Assembly (NCBI GenBank): GCA_963735595.1
Contig: CAVTLK010000001.1
Location: 352,001-416,000, forward strand
Origin: an uncultured delta proteobacterium
Lineage (GTDB): Bacteria > Desulfobacterota > Zymogenia > Zymogenales > Zymogenaceae
DNA: 64,000 nucleotides
Direction of reading: 5' to 3'
The notes under the pieces were generated by a model. It was not told the origin of the DNA. It did not search any database and saw only the letters and a list, made by a program, of their open reading frames with translations. A program made the translations under genes and the position numbers. The first letter of the stretch is position 1, and each line of letters opens with the position of its first letter. This document shows positions 1 to 8,377 of the stretch, one piece after another.

Positions 1-337
1 TTCCCAGCACGAGATCTACGTACGGGAACCTCCCCATGATCCGGGCGCCTCGCTGTTGTGCGACACAGCCAGATACAACGACAATTAACTCCGGTTTTCT
101 TTCCTTGATTGATCGATACTTACCGATGTCACTGTATGTTTTTTCTTCCGGTTTTTCTCGGATACTGCAGGTATTGATGATTATCACGTCCGCACGGTCG
201 GGATCGGCGGTCGTTGTGTACCCGGCGGCCGATAGGAGCCCAACCATCCTTTGCGAATCGTATTCATTCATCTGGCAGCCGTAAGTCCTGATATGGACGG
301 CACCGGTTTGGGGAATATGGTTTACGTATCCGTTCAT
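1..337 (-). CDS. miaB: tRNA-2-methylthio-N6-dimethylallyladenosine synthase MiaB, 5' part; runs off the window edge
   Basis: Manual translation from the ATG at 337 gives HIRTYGCQMNEYDS...ADVIIINTCSIREKPEEK...VVSGCVAQQRG...FPYVDLVLG, the UPF0004 N-terminal domain of methylthiotransferases. Not in the ORF track. Confidence 0.9.
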   Translation of the reverse strand, partial: MNGYVNHIPQTGAVHIRTYGCQMNEYDSQRMVGLLSAAGYTTTADPDRADVIIINTCSIREKPEEKTYSDIGKYRSIKERKPELIVVVSGCVAQQRGARIMGRFPYVDLVLG

Positions 338-345
338 ATTACACG

Positions 346-711
346 TTAGATGTTTTCGAGGATATATTTCGAGAGCAGCGCAACATCGTCGAGGTCCTTT
401 TCGTCCCCCGTAAGGTTCCCGATGTATCCCATCTCAACCTCATAGGCGTTGTTGTCTATGATAATTGAATCCATAAAAATATCGGGCTTTAGATGTTTTA
501 TGTCATCCTTTGTCTTTACCGTCCCGATTAGCTTTTCAGAATCAGAATCTCCCGACGTAAGTTTCAGGAATTTAAACGCCGGAATCAGATTGTAGCTCAG
601 TTTATTTCCAGTCAGGGTTGTGATGACGTTGTCCGATATCGTTATTTTCCCTTCCTGCACCCAAGCTTCGAGCTTTTCCTGCGGGATGAATATTTTTTTT
701 CTTGCTTTCAT
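346..711 (-). CDS. Hypothetical protein, 121 aa
   Basis: Clean ORF ending 8 nt upstream of miaB with protein-like composition; no motif I can assign. Confidence 0.7.
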   Translation of the reverse strand: MKARKKIFIPQEKLEAWVQEGKITISDNVITTLTGNKLSYNLIPAFKFLKLTSGDSDSEKLIGTVKTKDDIKHLKPDIFMDSIIIDNNAYEVEMGYIGNLTGDEKDLDDVALLSKYILENI

Positions 712-800
712 TTTCAGGATTGATACTAAATTCGTCCGTAAGATTCGTCTTTTTATTATAACACAGCGCCACAGGTTATCAAGCGGAATCCTCCCCGTGG

Positions 801-2243
801 TTACTCTTTGTCCTTTACCACAACGGCGTTGCCGACAATCGATTTCGTATATTCGGAGACCTTTTTCGGACGATCGTCATACTCCCTCAGTTTATCCTCG
901 AATCCGTTTCGACCCATGATTCCCCACGTATATTTTTTCCCTTCCTCGACACCCGGCTGATCAAACGGATTGATCCCGTAAAGGTAACCGGTAAATGTCG
1001 TTGCCATCTGGAAGAATGAAAAGAGAAGCCCCATCACCTCCGGCGATATATTCGGGACAGTCAGCGTCAGAGACGGTCTCCCCTGGCGGGACAGCGCCGC
1101 CTCTGTTGCCGACCGCTCCGCTTCAAACAGGTCACCGAGTGTCTTCATCCCCAGGTATTCCATGGATTGCCGCCCCGAATATATCGCGGGGATCGTAACG
1201 TCTGCCCCGTGGTTTTCCACATTCAAGAACGTGATTATCTTGTCGTGAGGGCCTTCCATGAAAAGCTGGAGCTGAGAATGCTGATCCGTGACGCCAACCG
1301 ACGCCACGGGAGTCTGTCCGATCCCTCCTTGTCCTTGCCCTCCCCCTTCTTTCTTTTTCCCCAGACTCTCGGCCCATAGCTGACAATACCAAAGGGAAAA
1401 GGAAAAAAGCCTGCCCGAATACGGCATCATAACCGAGATATTTCTTTGCCTTGCCGTCGCCGCGATATACTGTAAGGCCCCGTACAGGTATGCCGGGTTG
1501 TCTCTCCAATACACGTTATCTACGGAGGAAATGAATTCCCGTGCGCCCGCCAGTATCCCGGCCGAGTTTATTCCCATGCATTCGGCGGGAAATAGACCCA
1601 CCGGGGTAAGTACGGAGAATCTCCCGCCTATTTTAGGATCGACCTCAAGCGAAACGAGCTCCTCCTCACGTGCAATCTCCCTCAGCACCCCTTTTTCGGG
1701 GTCCGTTGTTATGATAACACGACGCCGAAAAGCCTCCTCGCCCAGTCCCTTTTTCAGGAGGTTAGCAATAATCATAAACTGGGCGAGTGTCTCAACCGTA
1801 CCGCCAGATTTGCTGATGACATTAAACGCGGTAGATCTCAGGTCAAGGGAATCGATAAGCCGCGCCATAGCGGCCGGGTCGATATTGTCGGCGACTATCA
1901 CCTCACAGCCGCCTTTCTCTTGATCATCGACCAGCGCCTCCTGTATAGCCCGTGCCCCGAGCGCTGACCCCCCAATGCCAAGAACGACAAGCTTCCTGAA
2001 GCTCCCCCGTATACTTGCGGCCGTACTCTTTATTAAGGGAATGTGCCTCTGAAGCGCCGCACTATCGAGAAATGCAAGCTCGCCACGCTCCCGTTCTTGC
2101 CGGATGCGCGCCGCGGCCTTTACCGCGTTCTTTTCTATGGCGTCAATACTCCCTTTGTCAATGCCATAGCTCGTTCCGATGATATCGGCCATTAAATAAT
2201 TGTAGTCGAGAGAAATTACGGTATTCATCTGTACCACATCCAA
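801..2243 (-). CDS. pgi: Glucose-6-phosphate isomerase (start may be the ATG at 2228)
   Basis: Motifs LGIGGSALG, ISKSGGTVET, IGGRFSVLT, QLWAESLGK, DQHSQLQ, NPFDQPGVEEGK. Confidence 0.93.
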   Translation of the reverse strand: MDVVQMNTVISLDYNYLMADIIGTSYGIDKGSIDAIEKNAVKAAARIRQERERGELAFLDSAALQRHIPLIKSTAASIRGSFRKLVVLGIGGSALGARAIQEALVDDQEKGGCEVIVADNIDPAAMARLIDSLDLRSTAFNVISKSGGTVETLAQFMIIANLLKKGLGEEAFRRRVIITTDPEKGVLREIAREEELVSLEVDPKIGGRFSVLTPVGLFPAECMGINSAGILAGAREFISSVDNVYWRDNPAYLYGALQYIAATARQRNISVMMPYSGRLFSFSLWYCQLWAESLGKKKEGGGQGQGGIGQTPVASVGVTDQHSQLQLFMEGPHDKIITFLNVENHGADVTIPAIYSGRQSMEYLGMKTLGDLFEAERSATEAALSRQGRPSLTLTVPNISPEVMGLLFSFFQMATTFTGYLYGINPFDQPGVEEGKKYTWGIMGRNGFEDKLREYDDRPKKVSEYTKSIVGNAVVVKDKE

Positions 2244-2255
2244 ATGACTTTTTAT

Positions 2256-2284
2256 AATTTACCGTATGGCTGCTGGAATGTCAA
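2256..2284 (-). promoter_or_regulatory. Candidate sigma70 promoter for pgi
   Basis: Minus strand TTGACA (2284-2279), 17-nt spacer, TAAATT (2261-2256). Confidence 0.5.
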
Positions 2285-2471
2285 ATTGATACGGATCGCT
2301 TGAATAGTCCACCGGAACTCAATGCACTATCGTGCGATGAACAGTTGTGGTGCTATTTGGATGGGCTGATATATAACGCAGTTACGGGTATTTGTGAGGA
2401 GCTCCGTACCTCATACCCTTAGTCTATTTCCGTGTATTTATCGAAAGATCTGGCGGGAAAGCAACCGCTAT

Positions 2472-2837
2472 TCACCCGACCCGAGCGCCGTTAGGAACCG
2501 TGGACTCCGGAACGGCTAAAACAGGAATAATTCCGTCTTGATAACCGATGTCGAACAACATCCCCTCCGAGGTTCGTCCGAACATAATACGGGGTTCAAG
2601 GTTAACGATAAAAAGGCTCTGTATACCAATTATTTCCGCGGGATTGTTCCGCTCCTTTTTCATCCCCACCAGTATGGTACGCTTTTTGTCGCCAAAATCT
2701 ACCGTCAGGCAGAGGAGCTTCTTTGACTCGGGAACATCCTCGACCGCCGTAATCGTCCCGACGCGGATATCGATTATTTCGATATCCGCCAATGTTATCT
2801 GTGGCTTGACCTCCGCGGGAACGAAGTCTTCACTCAT
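2472..2837 (-). CDS. tRNA-binding OB-fold protein (CsaA/Trbp111 family)
   Basis: DIRVGTI...KLL.L.VDFG...NLEPR.MFG..SEGML...VPNGARVG pattern. Confidence 0.85.
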   Translation of the reverse strand: MSEDFVPAEVKPQITLADIEIIDIRVGTITAVEDVPESKKLLCLTVDFGDKKRTILVGMKKERNNPAEIIGIQSLFIVNLEPRIMFGRTSEGMLFDIGYQDGIIPVLAVPESTVPNGARVG

Positions 2838-2992
2838 CGGGAATCCTCACGGATCGAGTGCTGTTTAGCAAAAAACCTGAGCATACGGTTCATATCAAAC
2901 TGTCTATAACCGCTGTCGAAGATCGCTAATATAAAATAGCTGAAAGAGGGGAGGTATCTGAGCGAATCGTCACGAAGTACCCTGAATATATG

Positions 2993-3655
2993 TTATTCCT
3001 TCTTTGTCTGGTCCCACGCTTCTGAAAAGCGTTTGAGCCCGAGGTCGGTAAATGGATGGTAGAAGCTATCACGATAGACCTCGAACCCGGCCGTGACGAT
3101 GTCGGCGCCGGACAGAGCCGCGTCGACTATCTGCTTTCCGTTTCTGAGTGCGGCCACGATAATCTCCGTCTCATATTCATACATATCAAATATATCTACG
3201 ATATCGGCGATAAAATCCTCGGTATCTTCCCCGCTGCTCTCCTTCCACCCAACGAACGGCGAAACGAATTCGGCCCCAATGCGGGCGGCGGCCAGCGCCT
3301 GTGAGGCGGAGAACACGAGGGTTACATTGGTTCGTATCCCCTCCTTCACAAGATTATACGCTGCGATAAGCCCCTGTTCCGTGCATGGAATCTTGATAAC
3401 GAAATTATCTGATACTTTGGCAAGTTTCGTAGCCTCAACGACCATATCCTCGGCCTTCTCGAGATGGGGATTTATCTCCACTGATATCGGGAATTTCACC
3501 CCCTTGAATTCAGCCGCGAGATTACCGACTACCGTCTTAAACGGCTTTCCCGAGGCGAGTATGTGCCGCGGATTTGTTGTGACACCGTCAATCGCCCAGT
3601 TCTTATAGGCGTATGTAATCTCCTCAAGTTTTGCGCTGTCCAGGAAATACTTCAT
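2993..3655 (-). CDS. Transaldolase family protein resembling sulfofructose transaldolase (SqvA/SftT type)
   Basis: FLDSA, GVTTNP and the Schiff-base KIP motif; TTNPRH, FVGW and AALR variants match my recollection of SqvA. Confidence 0.85.
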   Translation of the reverse strand: MKYFLDSAKLEEITYAYKNWAIDGVTTNPRHILASGKPFKTVVGNLAAEFKGVKFPISVEINPHLEKAEDMVVEATKLAKVSDNFVIKIPCTEQGLIAAYNLVKEGIRTNVTLVFSASQALAAARIGAEFVSPFVGWKESSGEDTEDFIADIVDIFDMYEYETEIIVAALRNGKQIVDAALSGADIVTAGFEVYRDSFYHPFTDLGLKRFSEAWDQTKKE

Positions 3656-3907
3656 ATCGACACCAATAAAAGATCACGAGGTTTTATAAATCCATGACGC
3701 GTTTCAGCGAAGGCACAGAACCCTTCGTCAGGAGAACTCCCTTCCCCTTCATATGCTCTTTTGAGGATTATGATAAATCCCGCGTAAACCCATCTTACAG
3801 CGATTCGCTACGGCCCGTTACCTATTTTGCCGCCGCGTACATGGGCGGTTTGAGCGTATTCTATCTCATCAAAACGGCTTCAGTAGCCTGAAGATGGCCC
3901 TCCACTG

Positions 3908-4150
3908 CTATCGCTTGTAGGAGGAGTCAAACCAGCTATCATTGATTATGCTTTCCAGCCGAATAAGGACCTCGCACGTCTTTTCTGTGTCGAGATTCTT
4001 AGCCCGAGAAAGGAGTGCGATCTTACTTTTAGCATCCCTCTCGGAGATATCGAACTTCCTCATGAGGATCTCTATCGCGAGGTCAAGTTTCCCTTCGGCG
4101 TTGAGTTCCTCATGGTTTTCGATACGGGTTTTTGCGGCCTTGCTCATCAT
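3908..4150 (-). CDS. Small stand-alone ANTAR-like helical protein
   Basis: LDLAIEILMRKFDISERDAKSKIALLSRAKNLDTEKTCEVLI resembles the ANTAR three-helix pattern; AGGAG ribosome-binding site upstream. Confidence 0.55.
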   Translation of the reverse strand: MMSKAAKTRIENHEELNAEGKLDLAIEILMRKFDISERDAKSKIALLSRAKNLDTEKTCEVLIRLESIINDSWFDSSYKR

Positions 4151-4284
4151 AATTCATCTCCTTGCGACGTCTGTTACCTCTTTGTGATTAAATGACTCAA
4201 GGAAAAAGTGCATTTAAACTCTAATTATGCATAATATTACATCACTTATCATATTCTTTAGTTATATTTTATATCTTTGTTACA

Positions 4285-4313
4285 ATAGTATGCGAAAATA
4301 ATTCGCCTGTCAA
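4285..4313 (-). promoter_or_regulatory. Near-consensus sigma70 promoter with a palindrome in the spacer
   Basis: TTGACA (4313-4308), 17 nt, TACTAT (4290-4285); spacer contains GCGAA-N5-TTCGC. Confidence 0.65.
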
Positions 4314-4530
4314 GTATTTTATTTAGATTGATTGTTTTTACTTAACCAGGTATTAGACACTGATGCGGCCGGGCGATAACCTATCCAATCCCGGTTATTT
4401 TAGAGGTACCTATCGATACGTGATGAGATATTTCACCGGGCGGGCGACCGACAACCGTTGCGGATCGAGGTATAGATTTCCGACAAAACAATATTTCGAG
4501 TTAATCTATTCATCATCACTACGCCGTATT

Positions 4531-5394
4531 CTACATGCTTTCCAGTCCGAGAATCCGTTTCGCGTCATCGCCGGTACCGACGGTCCGTCCCGCCAACCGC
4601 GCCGCCTTTACCGCCCACTCCACCTGCTCCCAACTGCCCCGCGCCTGACTACCGTCAGGCATCCTGACATTATCCTCAAGCCCTACGCGCATGTGACCTC
4701 CGTTGACTACCGCCGTTATATTCGCTCTAAACTGGTTAGGGCCCGCACCGCAGGCGCTGTACGTTGATCCCGAGGGAAGATGGCTTAGTATGCGCGAAAA
4801 CAGAGACGGGCGATACGGGACACCTCCGGCCGTTCCGAAGACCATCTGAAAGTGCATTGGCTCGTCGAAGATCCCCTGTCTCTTGAGCAGCAGCACGTTA
4901 AACAGACCGCCCATATCATAGATCTCAAACTCCGGCTTAATTCCGGCCTTCCTCATGAGATCGTTAAACTCTACGATCATGCTAAACGAGTTTTCGAAGA
5001 CCGTCTCACCCTTTATGATGCCGTTCTTCCAATCAACCAGGGCGAAATTCATCGAATTCGTGTTGAGGCTTGCCATGGAGGGGCGAAGTGATAGGATCGG
5101 ATCGATGCGCACCGACCGGTCAGCGGATGTCACGATGGCCGTGCTCATATTTATAATGAGATCGGGGCATCGTTCACGGACGGCCTGGATCGTTGTACTG
5201 ATTTTGGCCAACTCACGGGTTGGCGCCCCGGTATCGGGGTCCCTAACGTGAATATGGACGATGGATGCACCCGAGTCCCGGGCCTTTCGGGCCTCTTCAG
5301 CGAATTCCTCGGGGGTATAGGGGACGGCCGGGTTTTGCGCTCGTGTCGTTTCCGCGCCGGCAAGTGCCGCCGTTATGATTACCTTATCGTTCAT
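4531..5394 (-). CDS. Beta-keto acid cleavage enzyme (BKACE/DUF849, Kce family), copy 1
   Basis: IITAALAGAET, P.TPEE, metal-binding HIH, KPEFEIYD, HMRVGLEDN. Confidence 0.9.
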   Translation of the reverse strand: MNDKVIITAALAGAETTRAQNPAVPYTPEEFAEEARKARDSGASIVHIHVRDPDTGAPTRELAKISTTIQAVRERCPDLIINMSTAIVTSADRSVRIDPILSLRPSMASLNTNSMNFALVDWKNGIIKGETVFENSFSMIVEFNDLMRKAGIKPEFEIYDMGGLFNVLLLKRQGIFDEPMHFQMVFGTAGGVPYRPSLFSRILSHLPSGSTYSACGAGPNQFRANITAVVNGGHMRVGLEDNVRMPDGSQARGSWEQVEWAVKAARLAGRTVGTGDDAKRILGLESM

Positions 5395-5479
5395 GGTAAC
5401 CGGCCACGATCATCGAGTCTCTCCTTCGGGTCTGCCCGACAGCGGCGGCAGATATCCTTCCAGCAAAAATCGTCCGATC

Positions 5480-6034
5480 CTATGGACGTCGCTCTTTCAT
5501 GCTGTAGCGGAAGACGCAGAAATCTTCGCCCGTCGCCTGACGTTCCTTGAGATCGAGCCTTATATCAGGGTTGTATCCTTCCAGGATCTTATAGTCCACG
5601 TACCTGCAATATAGATGGGCCAATCCCTCGAGTCCCCACTGCCGGGCGGCATTATAAAAGGCGCAGTTATTCACGCGCACGACGAGGTCGTCGTCTTCTA
5701 TTGCCGGCAGCGCCTCGAAGTTAGCGGATGAATCGATGTCCGAATAGATCAGCCAATTCCTGAACGATAGGGGAAGCCCCAGGTCCTTTACCCGCGCTGC
5801 AATGTGCCGCCCCCGCTCGAAACCGAAGTCCTCGACCGCCGTCCGTATGACGGCGCCGCCCTCTTCCGCCCCGAGTTTATCGATTACCCTTCGCGCACAG
5901 CAGCAGAATAGCTGTGCCGCAAGGCCGAAACCGGGCGTCTGAAATCGGCTGCCTATATCGATCTTCTTTTGCGGCACCTCACCGAGATACGCAAAGTCGA
6001 AACCCTGTTCTTTTTCCCGCTTAATGTCGTCCAC
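5480..6034 (-). CDS. L-2-amino-thiazoline-4-carboxylate hydrolase-like protein
   Basis: AVEDFGFERG, CAFYNAARQWG, YCRYVD..ILEGYNP and GEDFCVF Cys pattern typical of this family. Confidence 0.65.
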   Translation of the reverse strand: MDDIKREKEQGFDFAYLGEVPQKKIDIGSRFQTPGFGLAAQLFCCCARRVIDKLGAEEGGAVIRTAVEDFGFERGRHIAARVKDLGLPLSFRNWLIYSDIDSSANFEALPAIEDDDLVVRVNNCAFYNAARQWGLEGLAHLYCRYVDYKILEGYNPDIRLDLKERQATGEDFCVFRYSMKERRP

Positions 6035-6124
6035 TATAGTGCTCCAGTAGTTGGTACGGCCGGTTACTTCAACGCCCGCGAGGTCTGTCGCTTATTTGAG
6101 GAGTGGTATGCCCGGGGCCAGTCT

Positions 6125-6919
6125 CTACGACGTTATCAGTCTCTCCGGACGTTTCCCCCACTCCACCAGCGCGTACGCGCTGTGATTGTGGATGCTTTCG
6201 ATATTCTCCGACTCCACAATAAACCAGTCAAACAACGACAATTCAATAAGGCGGCTCGCGACTTCTCTGACCATATCCTCCACGAACATGGGGTGCATAT
6301 ATGCCCGCTCAGTCAGCCATTTTTCGTCCGAACGTTTCAAAAGCGAATATATATCAGAGCTGGCGCACTCCTCCACTATCTTGACGATATCCTCTATCCA
6401 GAAAAACCTCTTATAGAGAACCAGAACGTTCACGTAGCTTCGCTGGTTATGGGCGCCGAAATCGGCGATTTCTTTTGAGCAGGGGCACAGTGTCGTAACC
6501 GGTATCTTAATGCCGACGATGAACTCCTTTGTGGTCCCGCTGTATCCAACGTATCGACACAGGTATTCCAGCAAACCTTCTTCACCCGAAACCGGGGCAC
6601 GTTTGTTTATGAAATACGGGAATTCGATTTCTATGTGGGCCGACCGGGCGTCAAGCCGCTCTCTCATCTTATCGAGGATAACGTCAAAATTCCTGATATT
6701 TATCTCCTGGTGATATTCGTTGAGGATCTCGACAAACCGGCTCATGTGCGTCCCCTTGAATCGATGCGGAAGGTCGACGTACATATTTATCGTCGCGATC
6801 GTATGCTGCCGTTGGTTGACCTTGTCAAATACGATGATCGGGTAACGGATACCCTTTACCCCAACCTTGTTGATATCAATCTTCTTAGGCGCGCGCCTAT
6901 TTTGAACTTCAACCGTCAT
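6125..6919 (-). CDS. folE2: GTP cyclohydrolase IB (FolE2); start corrected to the ATG at 6919
   Basis: KGTHMSRF, TTLCPCSKEI, GAHNQRS, LLKRSDEK, FVEDMVR, ESIHNHSA. Confidence 0.95.
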   Translation of the reverse strand: MTVEVQNRRAPKKIDINKVGVKGIRYPIIVFDKVNQRQHTIATINMYVDLPHRFKGTHMSRFVEILNEYHQEINIRNFDVILDKMRERLDARSAHIEIEFPYFINKRAPVSGEEGLLEYLCRYVGYSGTTKEFIVGIKIPVTTLCPCSKEIADFGAHNQRSYVNVLVLYKRFFWIEDIVKIVEECASSDIYSLLKRSDEKWLTERAYMHPMFVEDMVREVASRLIELSLFDWFIVESENIESIHNHSAYALVEWGKRPERLITS

Positions 6920-7295
6920 TTTTGTCTTCCCAGTAGGAAGCACGGGAGGTGTCCGACTCCCACACGTTAATCCGCACCCGGGCATCTATCTCCTCATGTT
7001 CGATCCTCTTTCTTATCTCGGCGTGTATAAAGCGGGCTATATGTTCAGAGGAAGGGTTATGGTCGGTAAATGGGACTATCTCATTGAGAAAGGTATGATC
7101 AAGCAGCTCAAGCGTTTCGCCCAGGTAGGACTTTAAGGCTCTAAAGTCGATAACGACGCCCTGGTCGTTAAGCCGCTCTGACGTGATAATCACCTCAACA
7201 ACGAAGTTATGTCCGTGGAGGTTTTCACATTTCCCACCTATCTCTTGAAGACTGTGGGCCGCCGAAAACGAACTCTTTACCGAGACCTCGAACAT
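6909..7295 (-). CDS. queD: 6-carboxy-5,6,7,8-tetrahydropterin synthase
   Basis: FSAAHSL, CENLHGHN, IDF, LDH..LN, PSSE.IA, WES. Confidence 0.92.
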   Translation of the reverse strand: MFEVSVKSSFSAAHSLQEIGGKCENLHGHNFVVEVIITSERLNDQGVVIDFRALKSYLGETLELLDHTFLNEIVPFTDHNPSSEHIARFIHAEIRKRIEHEEIDARVRINVWESDTSRASYWEDKNDG

Positions 7296-8222
7296 TTAAA
7301 CCTCTGAAACGTCGACCTTGGGTAATAACGCCTCCACGTCATCCCTCTTGCACAGCTCAGTCCCGCGAGACATTGCCGTTGCCGCCCCTGCCGCTACCCC
7401 GAACCTGAGGCACTCGGCAAGCCGCCTACCCTGAAAATGCGCGAGCACAAATCCCGCTAGCAGTGAATCGCCGGCCCCAACGGTGCTTCCTACCGTTATC
7501 TTCGGTGGAACCGCCAAAAGGCGCGCCGAATCGCTCACCAGGAGCGCTCCCTTGCCTCCCATTGAGACCAGAATAATATCGATCTCCTTCTTTTTTAGCT
7601 CGTTGGCGGCCGATAGCGCCCCCTCTGTATCGGTAATCTCTCGCCCCATCAGCCGACCGAGTTCATGAATATTCGGTTTAATGATAGAAGGGCCGCCCTC
7701 AATACCGAGTTTCAGAGGCTCGCCGTCCGTATCAAGTGCGATAAACGCCCCTTTCTTACGGGCGATATCCACGATTTGTCGATAAATACCGTCACCAACT
7801 CCCCGGGGGATGCTGCCCGATACGATCATATAGCTCACGTCTTCAAGTTCCCGAATCTTATCGAGGAGTTCCTTCGTTTCCACTTCGTTGACGTCAGGCC
7901 CTTTCGCGTTAAGGGTGGTATATGTCCCGGTGGAGCGTACGTAGATAATAATATTGGTCCTGGTATCTCCGCGCGTTTCTACAAAATCGCAACGCACCCC
8001 TTGACGTAACAGGCGCTGTTCGAGCTCCATTCCGTTGAACCCGCCGACGAATCCGAGGGCTATGCTCTGTCCGCCGAGTACCTGGATGACACGGGAGGCA
8101 TCAATTCCTTTGCCGCCGGCGTAGTTCTTCTCCGCCTCGATCCTGTTGGCATCGTCGCTACGAAGCTTCTCCACCTCAATAGACCTGTCTAACGCCGGGT
8201 TCAGAGTTACCGTATAGATCAT
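7296..8222 (-). CDS. 1-phosphofructokinase family hexose kinase (PfkB family)
   Basis: IYTVTLNPALD, AGGKGI, SGSIPRG, IKPN, STVGAGDS. Confidence 0.9.
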   Translation of the reverse strand: MIYTVTLNPALDRSIEVEKLRSDDANRIEAEKNYAGGKGIDASRVIQVLGGQSIALGFVGGFNGMELEQRLLRQGVRCDFVETRGDTRTNIIIYVRSTGTYTTLNAKGPDVNEVETKELLDKIRELEDVSYMIVSGSIPRGVGDGIYRQIVDIARKKGAFIALDTDGEPLKLGIEGGPSIIKPNIHELGRLMGREITDTEGALSAANELKKKEIDIILVSMGGKGALLVSDSARLLAVPPKITVGSTVGAGDSLLAGFVLAHFQGRRLAECLRFGVAAGAATAMSRGTELCKRDDVEALLPKVDVSEV

Positions 8223-8250
8223 ACGTTTTTCCTTCGTGTAACGGAATTAT

Positions 8251-8280
8251 ACTATAGTATACAGAGGGACCTTTTGTCAA
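8251..8280 (-). promoter_or_regulatory. Candidate sigma70 promoter for the pfkB-family/queD/folE2 genes
   Basis: TTGACA (8280-8275), 18 nt, TATAGT (8256-8251). Confidence 0.45.
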
Positions 8281-8377
8281 TTTTAACTTGATTAAATGCC
8301 CCTCCCCTGCTATAGTCCATATTGGGGCTTACCCTATTTTTTTTCCTTTTTACGAGATAACCTTTTTAGGATTACCT

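Noticed and set aside
6125..8222. pfkB-family/queD/folE2 unit as a 7-deazaguanine DNA-modification locus
   Set aside because: No dpd, tgt-like, queC or queE genes are adjacent; ordinary pterin/queuosine housekeeping is sufficient.
8248..8261. Perfect 14-bp palindrome TATACTATAGTATA
   Set aside because: Low-complexity AT sequence overlapping a -10 element; not enough to call an operator.
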